From assembly GCA_018060405.1 (NCBI GenBank), contig JAGOWC010000001.1:1-44231 (forward strand): a DNA stretch of 44,231 bases, given 5' to 3'. Shown in pieces: positions 29,532 through 39,032 of the stretch. Under the pieces are notes generated by a model. That model was not told the DNA's origin. It made no database searches and was given only the letters and a program-made list of their open reading frames with translations. The position numbers and the translations under genes were made by a program. Each line of letters begins with the position of its first letter. Within the stretch, counting starts at the first letter, position 1. The stretch is from Proteocatella sp. GTDB taxonomy: Bacteria > Bacillota > Clostridia > Peptostreptococcales > Filifactoraceae.

Positions 29532-30023
29532 ATGAGAAGAGAAAAAAACAATTACTATCTCGACATAGCGGAGGCAGCAGCAAGCAGAGGAACCTGTCTC
29601 AGAAGAAACTATGGGTGTATAATCGTTAAGAATGATGAGATAATTTCAACCGGATATTCTGGAGCTCCAAGAGGAAGAAAGAACTGCACTGATCTTAACT
29701 ACTGCTACAGAGAATCTCTTCAGATTCCAAGAGGACAGATGTATGAAAAATGCAGATCGGTACATTCTGAAATGAATGCGATAATTTCTGCGCCAAGAAA
29801 AGACATGATCGGAGCAAGCCTCTATATGGTAGGAAAAAATTATGCAGACGGAAGCATAGTGGAAAATGCCAATTCCTGCTCTATATGCAAAAGGCTCATA
29901 ATAAATGCCGGGATTGAAAAAGTGTACATAAGAGACACGAAAGATGACTACAGGATAATACCGGTAAGCGACTGGATAGACAATGATGACAGCCTTATCG
30001 AGGATATAAATGCTGGATATTAA
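29532..30023 (+). CDS. dCMP deaminase family protein
   Basis: TCLRR, TGYSGAPRG, HSEMNAI, SCSICKR zinc-deaminase motifs. Confidence 0.9.
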   Translation: MRREKNNYYLDIAEAAASRGTCLRRNYGCIIVKNDEIISTGYSGAPRGRKNCTDLNYCYRESLQIPRGQMYEKCRSVHSEMNAIISAPRKDMIGASLYMVGKNYADGSIVENANSCSICKRLIINAGIEKVYIRDTKDDYRIIPVSDWIDNDDSLIEDINAGY

Positions 30024-30084
30024 TTCAAAATTAATTAAAATATAAAAATAAAAGAAGTAATATGACAAATTATTGAGGTGTAAA

Positions 30085-31122
30085 ATGACAAAACCAATTT
30101 TAGCTTTTATAGTAAGCGCACTTGTGTGCTATTTTATAACGCCACTCGTTATAAACCTTGCTTACAGGATAGGAGCGATTGATGTACCTAAAGACAACAG
30201 GCGCGTGCACAAAAAGCCGGTTCCAAGGCTTGGCGGACTTGCCATATTCACTGGATTCGGAATTTCTGCGATGATTTTCATTCAGCCTACACAGGAGCTT
30301 CTGGCAATAATGCTTTCGAGCCTGATAATGGTATGCATGGGAATAGTTGACGACACGACCCCGCTGAAGGCAAAGACAAAACTGTTCATACAGATACTCT
30401 GTGCAGCGATAGTTACCTGGGCAGGCGTAAGGATCAACTTCTTTACAAACCCTTTCAGGGCAGAGACTCTGGTAGTGCTTAAAATGCTCAGCATTCCAGT
30501 TACTATATTCTGGATAGTCGGCATAACAAATACGGTAAATCTCATCGACGGCCTTGACGGCCTTGCGGCAGGCATATCAGCCATAGCAGCGCTTACGCTG
30601 ACTGCAGTTGCGCTGTTTTCAAAGCAGTATGCTACGGCAACGCTTCTTATGTGCGTCGCAGGCGGAGCGGTAGGATTTCTTCCGCACAACTTCAATCCGG
30701 CAAAGATTTTCATGGGAGATACAGGTTCGCTTTTTCTCGGATTCATACTCTCGGTAGCCGCAGTGGAGGGAACGATAAAGGGAGCTACTGTAGTAGCGGT
30801 TGTAATACCTTTATTTGCGCTTGCAATCCCAATACTTGATACAACCTTTGCAATAATAAGGAGATATCTGGCAGGAAAGCCTATAATGGAGGCAGACAAG
30901 GGACACCTTCACCACAGGCTGCTTGCAAAAGGACTTAGCCAGAAGAAAACCGTGGTGTTCCTTTATGCAATCGCAGCCGTTCTTGGGGCGAGCTCGCTTC
31001 TTATACTGAGATCGGATTATCTCGCAGCAGCGCTTGTAATAATCGCAGATGCGCTTCTGATACTTTTTGGTGTAAAGAAATTGAAGATACTGGAGGAAGT
31101 TAAGACAAATGAAAAAAATTAA
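30085..31122 (+). CDS. tagO: Undecaprenyl-phosphate GlcNAc-1-phosphate transferase (WecA/TagO, MraY family)
   Basis: PRLGG, GIVDD, NLIDGLDGL, FMGDTGS, DKGHLHH motifs; GAGGTG RBS. Confidence 0.92.
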   Translation: MTKPILAFIVSALVCYFITPLVINLAYRIGAIDVPKDNRRVHKKPVPRLGGLAIFTGFGISAMIFIQPTQELLAIMLSSLIMVCMGIVDDTTPLKAKTKLFIQILCAAIVTWAGVRINFFTNPFRAETLVVLKMLSIPVTIFWIVGITNTVNLIDGLDGLAAGISAIAALTLTAVALFSKQYATATLLMCVAGGAVGFLPHNFNPAKIFMGDTGSLFLGFILSVAAVEGTIKGATVVAVVIPLFALAIPILDTTFAIIRRYLAGKPIMEADKGHLHHRLLAKGLSQKKTVVFLYAIAAVLGASSLLILRSDYLAAALVIIADALLILFGVKKLKILEEVKTNEKN

Positions 31123-32230
31123 AGTAGTAAGCATATTCGGCACCAGGCCGGAAGCAATAAAGATGGCTCCTCTTGTAAAAGAGCTTGAAAAGCACAGCGA
31201 TGTAATCGAAAGCAAAGTTTTAATAACAGCACAGCACAGAGAGATGCTCGATCAGGTGCTTGACATATTCGAAATAAAGCCGGATTATGACCTGAATCTG
31301 ATGAAGCATGGCCAGACTATAACTGACATAACCAGCGGAGTCCTAAAGGGTGTAGAAGAGGTCCTGGGCGAATACAGGCCGGATATCGTACTCGTACACG
31401 GAGATACCACCACTACATTCTCCGCAGCGCTCGCCGCGTTCTACCAGAAAGTGGCTGTAGGTCACGTCGAAGCTGGACTGAGGACTGGAAATATATATTC
31501 ACCTTATCCTGAAGAGATGAACAGAATGCTTACAGGCAGGCTGGCATCATGGCATTACGCACCTACGGAGCTGAACAGAAAGAATCTGCTTGCCGAGAAT
31601 GTAAGCGATGATAATATAATAGTCACAGGCAATACCGTAATAGACGCGCTCTATTATGTCACAGAAAAGGAATATGAATTCGAATCGGAAGAACTCAGAA
31701 AAATAGATTTTGAAAATGAAAGGGTAATCCTCCTTACATGCCACAGAAGAGAAAACTGGGGAGAGCCGATGGAGAATATATTCACTGCAGTGAGAATCAT
31801 TGCAGAAAAATACCCGGATTCAAAAATCATATTCCCAATGCACAAGAACCCCCTTGTAAGAGATACAGCAAGAAGGATAATGGGAGAATCTCCAAACATA
31901 GTTCTTACAGAGCCTCTTGAATATCAGCCATTTGCAAAGCTCATGAGCAGATCATATCTGATACTTACAGATTCTGGAGGAATACAGGAAGAGGCCCCGG
32001 GACTTGGCAAGCCCGTAATAGTACTAAGGACTGAGACGGAGAGACCGGAGGCTGTAGAGGCAGGCACGGTTAAGGTGGCAGGCACGGATACTGATACAAT
32101 AGTAGAAATGGTCAGCGCTCTCATGGACAGCAAAAAAGAATATGAGGCGATGTCAAAGGCCAACAACCCTTATGGAGACGGCAGGGCATCACAGAGGATA
32201 GTGGAGAATATAATAAAGACATTCAGATAG
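31109..32230 (+). CDS. wecB: UDP-N-acetylglucosamine 2-epimerase (non-hydrolysing)
   Basis: FGTRPEAIKMAP, HGDTTT, HVEAGLR, PEEMNR, TDSGGIQEEAP, NPYGDG. Confidence 0.96.
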   Translation: MKKIKVVSIFGTRPEAIKMAPLVKELEKHSDVIESKVLITAQHREMLDQVLDIFEIKPDYDLNLMKHGQTITDITSGVLKGVEEVLGEYRPDIVLVHGDTTTTFSAALAAFYQKVAVGHVEAGLRTGNIYSPYPEEMNRMLTGRLASWHYAPTELNRKNLLAENVSDDNIIVTGNTVIDALYYVTEKEYEFESEELRKIDFENERVILLTCHRRENWGEPMENIFTAVRIIAEKYPDSKIIFPMHKNPLVRDTARRIMGESPNIVLTEPLEYQPFAKLMSRSYLILTDSGGIQEEAPGLGKPVIVLRTETERPEAVEAGTVKVAGTDTDTIVEMVSALMDSKKEYEAMSKANNPYGDGRASQRIVENIIKTFR

Positions 32231-32236
32231 AAAGAG

Positions 32237-32277
32237 TTCAGCAGCTGATTTTACCGGTCAGAGGCTGAATTTTTTTT
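32237..32277 (+). terminator. Intrinsic terminator after wecB
   Basis: TTCAGC..CTGATT/GGTCAG..GCTGAA stem followed by T8. Confidence 0.65.
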
Positions 32278-32301
32278 ATTTTAAAACTTGCTCTTTTTGT
32301 G

Positions 32302-32359
32302 TAGACAAGCCGCGATATAAATGTTATCATATAGTTATAAAAATAACGTTAACGTTAAC
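32302..32359 (+). promoter_or_regulatory. Promoter of the CoA-transferase genes with a downstream palindromic operator candidate
   Basis: TAGACA-17bp-TATCAT (TGn extended); palindrome TAACGTTAACGTTA at 32344-32357. Confidence 0.5.
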
Positions 32360-32391
32360 ACGGTAAAAGCATAAAAATGGAGGAAGAACTT

Positions 32392-33042
32392 ATGAAACAA
32401 AAGGTTGTAGAAATCAGTCAAGTAATGGATCTTGTAAAAGATGGAATGACCATAATGGTAGGAGGATTCCTTGCATGTGGAACTCCTGAAAAACTTGTGG
32501 ACGCTATAGTTGAAAAGGGAGTAAAAGACATAACTCTTATCTGTAATGATACAGGATTTGTTGACAAAGGCGTAGGAAAATGGGTAGTTAACAAGCAGGT
32601 AAGCCACGTTATAGCATCACACGTAGGAACCAACAAAGAGACTGGAAATCAGATGAATTCAGGCGAGATGAAGGTTACGCTCGTACCACAGGGAACCCTT
32701 GCAGAGCAGGTCAGAGCCGGCGGATCAGGACTTGGTGGAATACTTACTCCAACAGGATTGGGGACTATAGTAGAAGAAGGAAAGCAGAAGATCACTGTAA
32801 ATGGAACTGAATATCTTCTTGAGACTGCACTCAGAGCAGACCTTGCACTGATATTCGGAAGCATAGTGGACAAAAAAGGAAACATAGTGTACGAAAAATC
32901 AACAAGAAACTTCAATATGCTGATGGCGATGGCAGCGGACACTGTAGTTGTTCAGGCAAACAAGATAGTTGAAGTTGGAGAGCTTGATCCGAACATGGTA
33001 ATGACACCAGGCGTATGCATAGATTATATAGTACAGGGATAA
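32392..33042 (+). CDS. ctfA: Acetoacetate/butyrate:acetate CoA-transferase subunit A
   Basis: MVGGF, CNDTG, SHVGTN, PQGTLAEQVRAGG, RNFN; GGAGG RBS before ATG 32392. Confidence 0.92.
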   Translation: MKQKVVEISQVMDLVKDGMTIMVGGFLACGTPEKLVDAIVEKGVKDITLICNDTGFVDKGVGKWVVNKQVSHVIASHVGTNKETGNQMNSGEMKVTLVPQGTLAEQVRAGGSGLGGILTPTGLGTIVEEGKQKITVNGTEYLLETALRADLALIFGSIVDKKGNIVYEKSTRNFNMLMAMAADTVVVQANKIVEVGELDPNMVMTPGVCIDYIVQG

Positions 33043-33054
33043 GGAGAGTATATA

Positions 33055-33702
33055 ATGTCTAGAGAACTTATTGTAAAGAGAGTTGCAAGAGAATTGAAAG
33101 ATGGAGACGTAGTAAACCTTGGAATAGGTATGCCAACGCTTGTTGCAAACTATATTCCTGAAGACATGGACGTTACATTCCAGTCTGAAAACGGATTTCT
33201 TGGACTTGGACCTGCTCCGGAAGCTGGATGCGAGGACGAATATATAGTAAATGCAGGAGCACAGCCTGTTACGATAAAATCAGGCGGAATGTTCTTTGAC
33301 TCGGCTACATCATTTGCTATAATCAGAGGCGGACACGTTGACGTTACAGTACTTGGAGCGCTTCAGGTAGATGAAGAGGGCAATCTTGCAAACTGGATGA
33401 TACCAGGAAAGATGGTTCCGGGAATGGGCGGAGCGATGGACCTTGTAGTAGGTGCAAAAAGGGTTATAGTTGCTATGGAGCACACTGCAAAGGGAGCACC
33501 GAAAATCCTTAAGAAATGCAGTCTTCCTCTTACAGCAAGCCACCAGGTTAACACTATAATAACTGAAATGGGAGTTATGGAAGTTACAGCAAAAGGCCTT
33601 GAGCTTGTAGAGATAGCAGAAGGACTCACTGTAGAAGAGGTTCAGGCTGCTACTGAGGCTACTCTTATAGTTTCAGCTAACCTTAAGACTATGGAAGTAT
33701 AA
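33055..33702 (+). CDS. ctfB: Acetoacetate/butyrate:acetate CoA-transferase subunit B
   Basis: VNLGIGMPT, catalytic QSENG, LANW, GMGGAMDL. Confidence 0.93.
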   Translation: MSRELIVKRVARELKDGDVVNLGIGMPTLVANYIPEDMDVTFQSENGFLGLGPAPEAGCEDEYIVNAGAQPVTIKSGGMFFDSATSFAIIRGGHVDVTVLGALQVDEEGNLANWMIPGKMVPGMGGAMDLVVGAKRVIVAMEHTAKGAPKILKKCSLPLTASHQVNTIITEMGVMEVTAKGLELVEIAEGLTVEEVQAATEATLIVSANLKTMEV

Positions 33703-33730
33703 AAACAGATACTGAGAATATGTTTACCAG

Positions 33731-33762
33731 GCAGGAGATGAAATCATCTCCTGCATTTTTTT
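33731..33762 (+). terminator. Intrinsic terminator after ctfB
   Basis: GCAGGAGATG...CATCTCCTGC followed by a T-run. Confidence 0.85.
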
Positions 33763-33823
33763 GATACAATTCATTTGATATGGGGTAGAATAGTATATAT
33801 AATTCTTAGAAAGAGGTACTTAT

Positions 33824-35164
33824 ATGAACGATGAGATGAAAGAGATTCTTGGGAGATATCCGAAAATGAAGGATATGCAGGATCTCAGGGAGATATTCTG
33901 GACAAATGACCATATGAAGAAATTTGATGAGGAATCAGGACGTCTAAAGGTGTCAAAGGACGACATCAGAAAGGCTTCTGAGAGGCTACAGAGATTTGCT
34001 CCATACCTTGCAAAGGTATTTCCGGAGACGGCAGCCGAAGGAGGAATAATCGAATCGCCGCTCAGGGATATACCGTCTATGAAAAAAATTATGAGCGATT
34101 ATTTCTCTGCCGACATAAAAGGCAGAGTCATGCTCAAATGCGATAATGAGCTCAAGATATCGGGCTCTATAAAGGCCAGGGGTGGAATATATGAGATCCT
34201 CAAGCATGCAGAGGATCTGGCAATTGAAAACAATATGCTCAGCTACGATGACAATTACGAAAAGCTTGCAGATGAAAGTATGAGAGAGTTCTTCTCAAGG
34301 TATGCGGTGGCGGTAGGATCTACAGGAAACCTCGGACTCAGCATAGGAATAATGAGCGCCAAACTGGGATTCAGGGTAACTGTCCATATGTCAGCCGATG
34401 CAAAGCAGTGGAAGAAAGACATGCTCAGGAGCAAGGGCGTGGAGGTCGTGGAGTATGAGTCGGATTACAGCAAAGCAGTGGAAGAAGGTCGAAGACTTTC
34501 GGATCTCGATCCTATGAGTTATTTCGTGGATGACGAAAATTCAGTTAATCTGTTCATGGGATATGCCGTTGCAGCGCTAAGGCTGGAAAAGCAGCTTAAG
34601 GAAAAAGGGATAAGCATAGACTCTCAAAATCCGCTTTTTGTATATCTTCCATGCGGAGTAGGCGGAGGCCCTGGCGGCGTTGCATTTGGTCTCAAGACTA
34701 TATTCATGGAAAATGTGCATTTCTTTTTTGCTGAGCCGACCCACTCGCCTTGCATGACTATGGGGTGCATGACGGGAACTCATGACAGATTCAGTGTCCA
34801 GGACTTTGGAATAGACAACATAACAAGCGCAGACGGACTTGCAGTAGGAAGAGCATCAGGCTTTGTAGGAAAGACGCTCGAAAATCTGGTGAGCGGATGT
34901 TACACGGTAACTGATGAAAACATGTTCAGGCTGCTGTACATGATGGCTGAAAATGAGCATATATATCTGGAGCCTTCGGCACTTGCAGGGGTGGCTGGGA
35001 TATACAGGATGTTCAGCTCTGAAGAAGGCAAAACTTATCTCAGATCATCAGATTTAGAGGGCAGGGAAGATTCAATAATACATGTTGCATGGGCTACTGG
35101 CGGAAGCATGGTTCCTCAGGATATAATGAAGCAGTACTGCGAAACAGGAAAGAAACTTATTTAG
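33824..35164 (+). CDS. dsdA: D-serine ammonia-lyase
   Basis: PLP lysine motif [47 protein letters not shown]. Confidence 0.96.
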   Translation: MNDEMKEILGRYPKMKDMQDLREIFWTNDHMKKFDEESGRLKVSKDDIRKASERLQRFAPYLAKVFPETAAEGGIIESPLRDIPSMKKIMSDYFSADIKGRVMLKCDNELKISGSIKARGGIYEILKHAEDLAIENNMLSYDDNYEKLADESMREFFSRYAVAVGSTGNLGLSIGIMSAKLGFRVTVHMSADAKQWKKDMLRSKGVEVVEYESDYSKAVEEGRRLSDLDPMSYFVDDENSVNLFMGYAVAALRLEKQLKEKGISIDSQNPLFVYLPCGVGGGPGGVAFGLKTIFMENVHFFFAEPTHSPCMTMGCMTGTHDRFSVQDFGIDNITSADGLAVGRASGFVGKTLENLVSGCYTVTDENMFRLLYMMAENEHIYLEPSALAGVAGIYRMFSSEEGKTYLRSSDLEGREDSIIHVAWATGGSMVPQDIMKQYCETGKKLI

Positions 35165-35173
35165 ATACAGAAA

Positions 35174-35207
35174 AAAGGCTTCTGCTCAATTGAGAGCAGA
35201 AGCCTTT
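35174..35207. terminator. Bidirectional terminator between dsdA and the clpB unit
   Basis: AAAGGCTTCTGCTC-AATTGA-GAGCAGAAGCCTTT perfect 14-bp stem. Confidence 0.85.
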
Positions 35208-35230
35208 GATATTTTTATACTCAGCAGGGA

Positions 35231-35481
35231 TCAGCAGTTCCTGATTCGTGACATCATATATGAATCGACATATTCACCGTTTCGGATTCCGCTCCGGAAT
35301 CATCCCTTACAACTGCCGCAAACTGATGAGAGAAGTCGCTCACCGAAGAGGCAAAGCTTTCACTTTTTTCAAGTCTTTCTGACGGATATCCGAGGATGTT
35401 TTCAAAAACTCCCGGCATGGTCCTCATCTGATTGAGGTACACCGCATCGTTTCTGTGTATGGGTCTTATTCTTACGTTCAA
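35231..35481 (-). pseudogene. GNAT N-acetyltransferase (YhhY/AaaT-like) pseudogene with internal deletion and frameshift
   Basis: AGGAGGTG RBS and TTG start; N-terminal 65 aa (IRPI...DA...MRTMPGVFENILG.PSER...HQFAAV) followed directly, in another frame, by the typical C-terminus IRNGEYVDSYMMSRIRNC*. The central acetyl-CoA-binding core is absent. Confidence 0.8.
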
Positions 35482-35514
35482 GCTGACACCTCCTGATAAT
35501 TATTAATATATTTT

Positions 35515-38109
35515 TCAGCGCACGATCAGGTGATCTTTATCTGCGTCTACGGTAATGACTCCGTCTGAAGATATGTTTCCTTCGATTATGCGTCTTGCTA
35601 CAAGGGTCTCAAGGCGGCTCTGTATAAAGCGCTTCAGAGGTCTGGCGCCGTATACGGGATCATATCCGTTATCGGCTATGAATTTTCTTGCAGATTCTGT
35701 TACGATAAGAGTGAGCTGCTGGTCTGAGAGCCTTTCCTGAATTTTTGCAATGAGCAGGTCTACGATCTTTACAGTTTCCTGCCTGGTCAGCGGCTTGTAA
35801 AATACTATCTCATCGAGCCTGTTGAGGAACTCTGGACGGAAGGAGCTCTTCAGCAGCGAGGTTACATGGTTTTGAGCTTCCTCTGTAATGTTTCCTTCTG
35901 AGTCTATTCCGCTCAGAAGATACTCTGAACCAAGATTTGAGGTCATTATTATTATCGTATTCTTGAAATCCACGGTTCTTCCCTGAGAATCAGTTATGCG
36001 TCCGTCATCGAGAACCTGAAGCAGGATGTTGAATACATCGCTGTGCGCTTTTTCGATTTCGTCAAAAAGTATGACGCTGTAAGGTTTTCTTCTTACGGCT
36101 TCGGTGAGCTGACCGCCTTCCTCGTAGCCCACGTATCCAGGAGGCGCGCCTACAAGCCTTGAAACGGAGTACTTCTCCATATATTCGGACATATCTATTC
36201 TTACCATGTTCTGCTCATCATCAAACAGGTTTTCAGCAAGCGCCTTGGCAAGCTCTGTCTTTCCGACGCCTGTAGGTCCAAGGAAAAGGAAGGAGCCTGT
36301 CGGCCTGCCTGGATCGGATATGCCGGCTCTTGATCTTATGATGGCCTCACATACTTTTTCTACGGCCTGATCCTGACCTATTATACGTCTGTGGAGTATT
36401 TCATCAAGGTGAAGTATCTTCTCTCTTTCGCCTTCAAGCAGCTTGGTCACTGGGATCCCTGTCCATCGTGCGATTATCTTGGCGATTTCATCTTCTGTGA
36501 CTCTGTCTCTGAGGAGAGTGTTCTTTTTGGAGTCGCTGCTTTCCTTTTCCGCCTTTTCAAGCTCATTTATTGCCTGAGGGAGTTTTCCGTATTTAAGCTC
36601 TGCAAGTTTTTCCAGATCATAGGCTCTCTCGGCAGCCTCAATCTGTGCGTTTATGCTTCCGATTTCTTCTTTCAGCCTCTGCACTGACTGGATGCTTTCT
36701 TTTTCGTTTTCCCATCTTGCTTTCATGGCATTAAAGTCTTCTCTCAGCTCGGCAAGCTCCTTGCGTGTATGCTCAAGGCGCTCTGCTGAGAGTTTATCGG
36801 ACTCTTTCCTCAGTGCGGCTTCTTCTATTTCAAGCTGCATGATCTTTCTGGAAATCTCATCGAGCTCAGTAGGCATCGAATCTATTTCTGTCCTTATCAT
36901 TGCGCAGGCTTCGTCTACAAGGTCTATGGCCTTGTCTGGAAGGAATCTGTCGCTTATATACCGGTGAGACAGGGTCGCCGCACTTATGAGCGCGCTGTCT
37001 GCAATCGATACGCCATGAAACACCTCATATCTTTCCTTTAGGCCTCTCAGGATGGTTATGGTATCCTCTACGCTTGGCTCATCAGCCATTACGGGCTGGA
37101 ACCTTCGTTCGAGGGCCGCGTCTTTTTCTATATATTTTCTGTATTCATCCAGAGTGGTCGCACCTATACAGTGGAGCTCGCCTCTTGCCAGCATAGGCTT
37201 AAGAAGATTTCCTGCATCCATTGCGCCGTCTGTCTTTCCGGCTCCCACTATATTGTGGAGCTCATCGATGAAGAGTATGATGCGGCCTTCGCTCTCTCTG
37301 ACCTCGTTTAGAACGGCTTTGAGCCTTTCTTCGAATTCACCTCTGAATTTCGCGCCTGCGATAAGTGAGCCCATGTCAAGTGAGAATATTGTCTTATCCC
37401 GGAGACCTTCCGGAACATCGCCTTTCAGTATCCTTATGGCAAGCCCTTCGACTATGGCGGTTTTTCCTACCCCCGGCTCGCCGATAAGGACTGGATTGTT
37501 CTTTGTCTTTCTTGAGAGTATGCGGATTACATTTCTGATTTCGCTGTCCCTTCCGATTACTGGATCCAGCTTCTGCATCCTTGCTCTTTCGACAAGATCA
37601 TATCCATACTTTGAAAGAGCTTCGTAGGTTTCCTCCGGGTTATCGCTGACTACCTTGCTGCTGCTTCTTACTGCTTTGAGCGCCTCAAGAAACCTGAGCT
37701 TCTCTATGCCGGTTTTTTCAAGGATTTCTCTTATATGCTGGCTGCTTATCTCAAAGAAGGCCAGCATTATATGCTCTACGGAGACGTATTCATCCTTGAA
37801 TATGCCTGACTGCTTTTCGGCTTCAAGCAGTATTTTCTCAACTGTCTGAGAGACATATACCTTTCCCTGCTCTCTCCCCGGACCGGAAACTGAAGGTATC
37901 TTAGACAGATAGCCCTCCACAGTCTTTATCGTAAAGTCAAGATCAAGTCCCATTTTTTCTACAAGTCTTGGTATGAGCCCGCTTTCCTGGACGAGAAGCG
38001 CATATAGAAGATGCTCTGCCTCTACCTGCATGTTATTTCTTTCGATGGCCTCGTTTTGCGCAGACATTATGGCCTGCATTGATTTTTGAGTGAATTTTTG
38101 TGTATTCAT
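35515..38109 (-). CDS. clpB: ATP-dependent chaperone ClpB
   Basis: Clp N domain, [14 protein letters not shown], coiled-coil middle domain, [23 protein letters not shown]. Tandem ATGs at 38112/38109; the second has better RBS spacing. Confidence 0.97.
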   Translation of the reverse strand: MNTQKFTQKSMQAIMSAQNEAIERNNMQVEAEHLLYALLVQESGLIPRLVEKMGLDLDFTIKTVEGYLSKIPSVSGPGREQGKVYVSQTVEKILLEAEKQSGIFKDEYVSVEHIMLAFFEISSQHIREILEKTGIEKLRFLEALKAVRSSSKVVSDNPEETYEALSKYGYDLVERARMQKLDPVIGRDSEIRNVIRILSRKTKNNPVLIGEPGVGKTAIVEGLAIRILKGDVPEGLRDKTIFSLDMGSLIAGAKFRGEFEERLKAVLNEVRESEGRIILFIDELHNIVGAGKTDGAMDAGNLLKPMLARGELHCIGATTLDEYRKYIEKDAALERRFQPVMADEPSVEDTITILRGLKERYEVFHGVSIADSALISAATLSHRYISDRFLPDKAIDLVDEACAMIRTEIDSMPTELDEISRKIMQLEIEEAALRKESDKLSAERLEHTRKELAELREDFNAMKARWENEKESIQSVQRLKEEIGSINAQIEAAERAYDLEKLAELKYGKLPQAINELEKAEKESSDSKKNTLLRDRVTEDEIAKIIARWTGIPVTKLLEGEREKILHLDEILHRRIIGQDQAVEKVCEAIIRSRAGISDPGRPTGSFLFLGPTGVGKTELAKALAENLFDDEQNMVRIDMSEYMEKYSVSRLVGAPPGYVGYEEGGQLTEAVRRKPYSVILFDEIEKAHSDVFNILLQVLDDGRITDSQGRTVDFKNTIIIMTSNLGSEYLLSGIDSEGNITEEAQNHVTSLLKSSFRPEFLNRLDEIVFYKPLTRQETVKIVDLLIAKIQERLSDQQLTLIVTESARKFIADNGYDPVYGARPLKRFIQSRLETLVARRIIEGNISSDGVITVDADKDHLIVR

Positions 38110-38141
38110 CATTTTCCCTCCATAATTAATTACGTGTTTCT

Positions 38142-38795
38142 CTAAATAAAAAGGACAGAATGCTTAAGTTTTTCCAGATATTCTGATTCAAGCTGAACGA
38201 ACGTGATTTCCGGATGTCTTATATACAGCTTGAGAATATGGTCATACATGCCGATGTAATAGCTTATAGCCCTGCTTACCGTTTTGTTTTCGCAGTGATC
38301 CTCTGGCATTGCCAGATCTCTTTCAAACCTGTTTGTATCTATTCTGTAGGATATGACGCCTTTTGCGAGTCTTGGATGAACATGCTTTATTTCAAGCTCT
38401 CTCCACAGCCTGAAAAACGCATCCAGCTGCCTGGTCAGGGCGTCGCTCTGAGTCCGGAACTGTATCTTGAGAGATCCCATGCATTTATCCATATTCTTGT
38501 AAAGCTCGAGAGTATATCGTACGGTAGGCTTGTATTTATAGTCGAGCGTGCTTTTTATGAAGAGCATGGAATCGGATGAGATCTGCTGAATCATGAAGCT
38601 GTTTTTCTTTCTCATATCTTCCGTTATGAGATCGAAGACCTCCCTTATGTGCATCTCTGGAGTAGAAAGGGAGAGATGGGCTGCAAGTATGTGATTTATA
38701 AGATTGGATCTGTTTGTATTGTTTATGCAGGCAAGCCTGTCGATTTCATCTATAATGTTCTTTGAAAGCATAAGACTGTACATTGTTTTTTTCAT
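38142..38795 (-). CDS. Hypothetical protein with N-terminal ribbon-helix-helix (CopG-like) DNA-binding domain
   Basis: [22 protein letters not shown]...[12 protein letters not shown] fits the RHH beta-alpha-alpha pattern; GAGGTG RBS before ATG 38795. Confidence 0.7.
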   Translation of the reverse strand: MKKTMYSLMLSKNIIDEIDRLACINNTNRSNLINHILAAHLSLSTPEMHIREVFDLITEDMRKKNSFMIQQISSDSMLFIKSTLDYKYKPTVRYTLELYKNMDKCMGSLKIQFRTQSDALTRQLDAFFRLWRELEIKHVHPRLAKGVISYRIDTNRFERDLAMPEDHCENKTVSRAISYYIGMYDHILKLYIRHPEITFVQLESEYLEKLKHSVLFI

Positions 38796-38813
38796 CATAT
38801 CACCTCTGAAAAT

Positions 38814-38842
38814 ATCGTAATAGAATTTATATAAATTGTCAA
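38814..38842 (-). promoter_or_regulatory. sigmaA-type promoter of the RHH-clpB unit with a palindrome in the spacer
   Basis: Minus strand TTGACA-17bp-TACGAT; perfect palindrome AATTTATATAAATT at 38824-38837. Confidence 0.7.
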
Positions 38843-38974
38843 TATATTTATGTATTATTTTATACAAATTATGCTGCTGTGAGGAATGATGAATGAAATC
38901 GAATAAATATAGACAAATCCATATACAAATGTTCGGGAAAATATGCAAAAAATGGTAAAATTTGCCATTTGGTA

Positions 38975-39003
38975 TTGTATTTAGTTCAGATTTCCGATAA
39001 AAT
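38975..39003 (+). promoter_or_regulatory. Putative sigmaA promoter of the uracil permease
   Basis: TTGTAT-17bp-TAAAAT about 30 nt upstream of the ATG. Confidence 0.5.
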
Positions 39004-39032
39004 AGTCTGAGATAAATTATAAGGAGGAAAAT

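Noticed and set aside
35254-35256. Selenocysteine readthrough or programmed frameshift in the GNAT remnant
   Set aside because: Neither would restore the missing catalytic core; no slippery site or SECIS evident. Other TGA stops in the window fall at natural protein ends.
38796-39032. CIRCE or CtsR boxes upstream of the clpB unit
   Set aside because: No TTAGCACTC-N9-GAGTGCTAA or tandem RGTCAAA heptads seen
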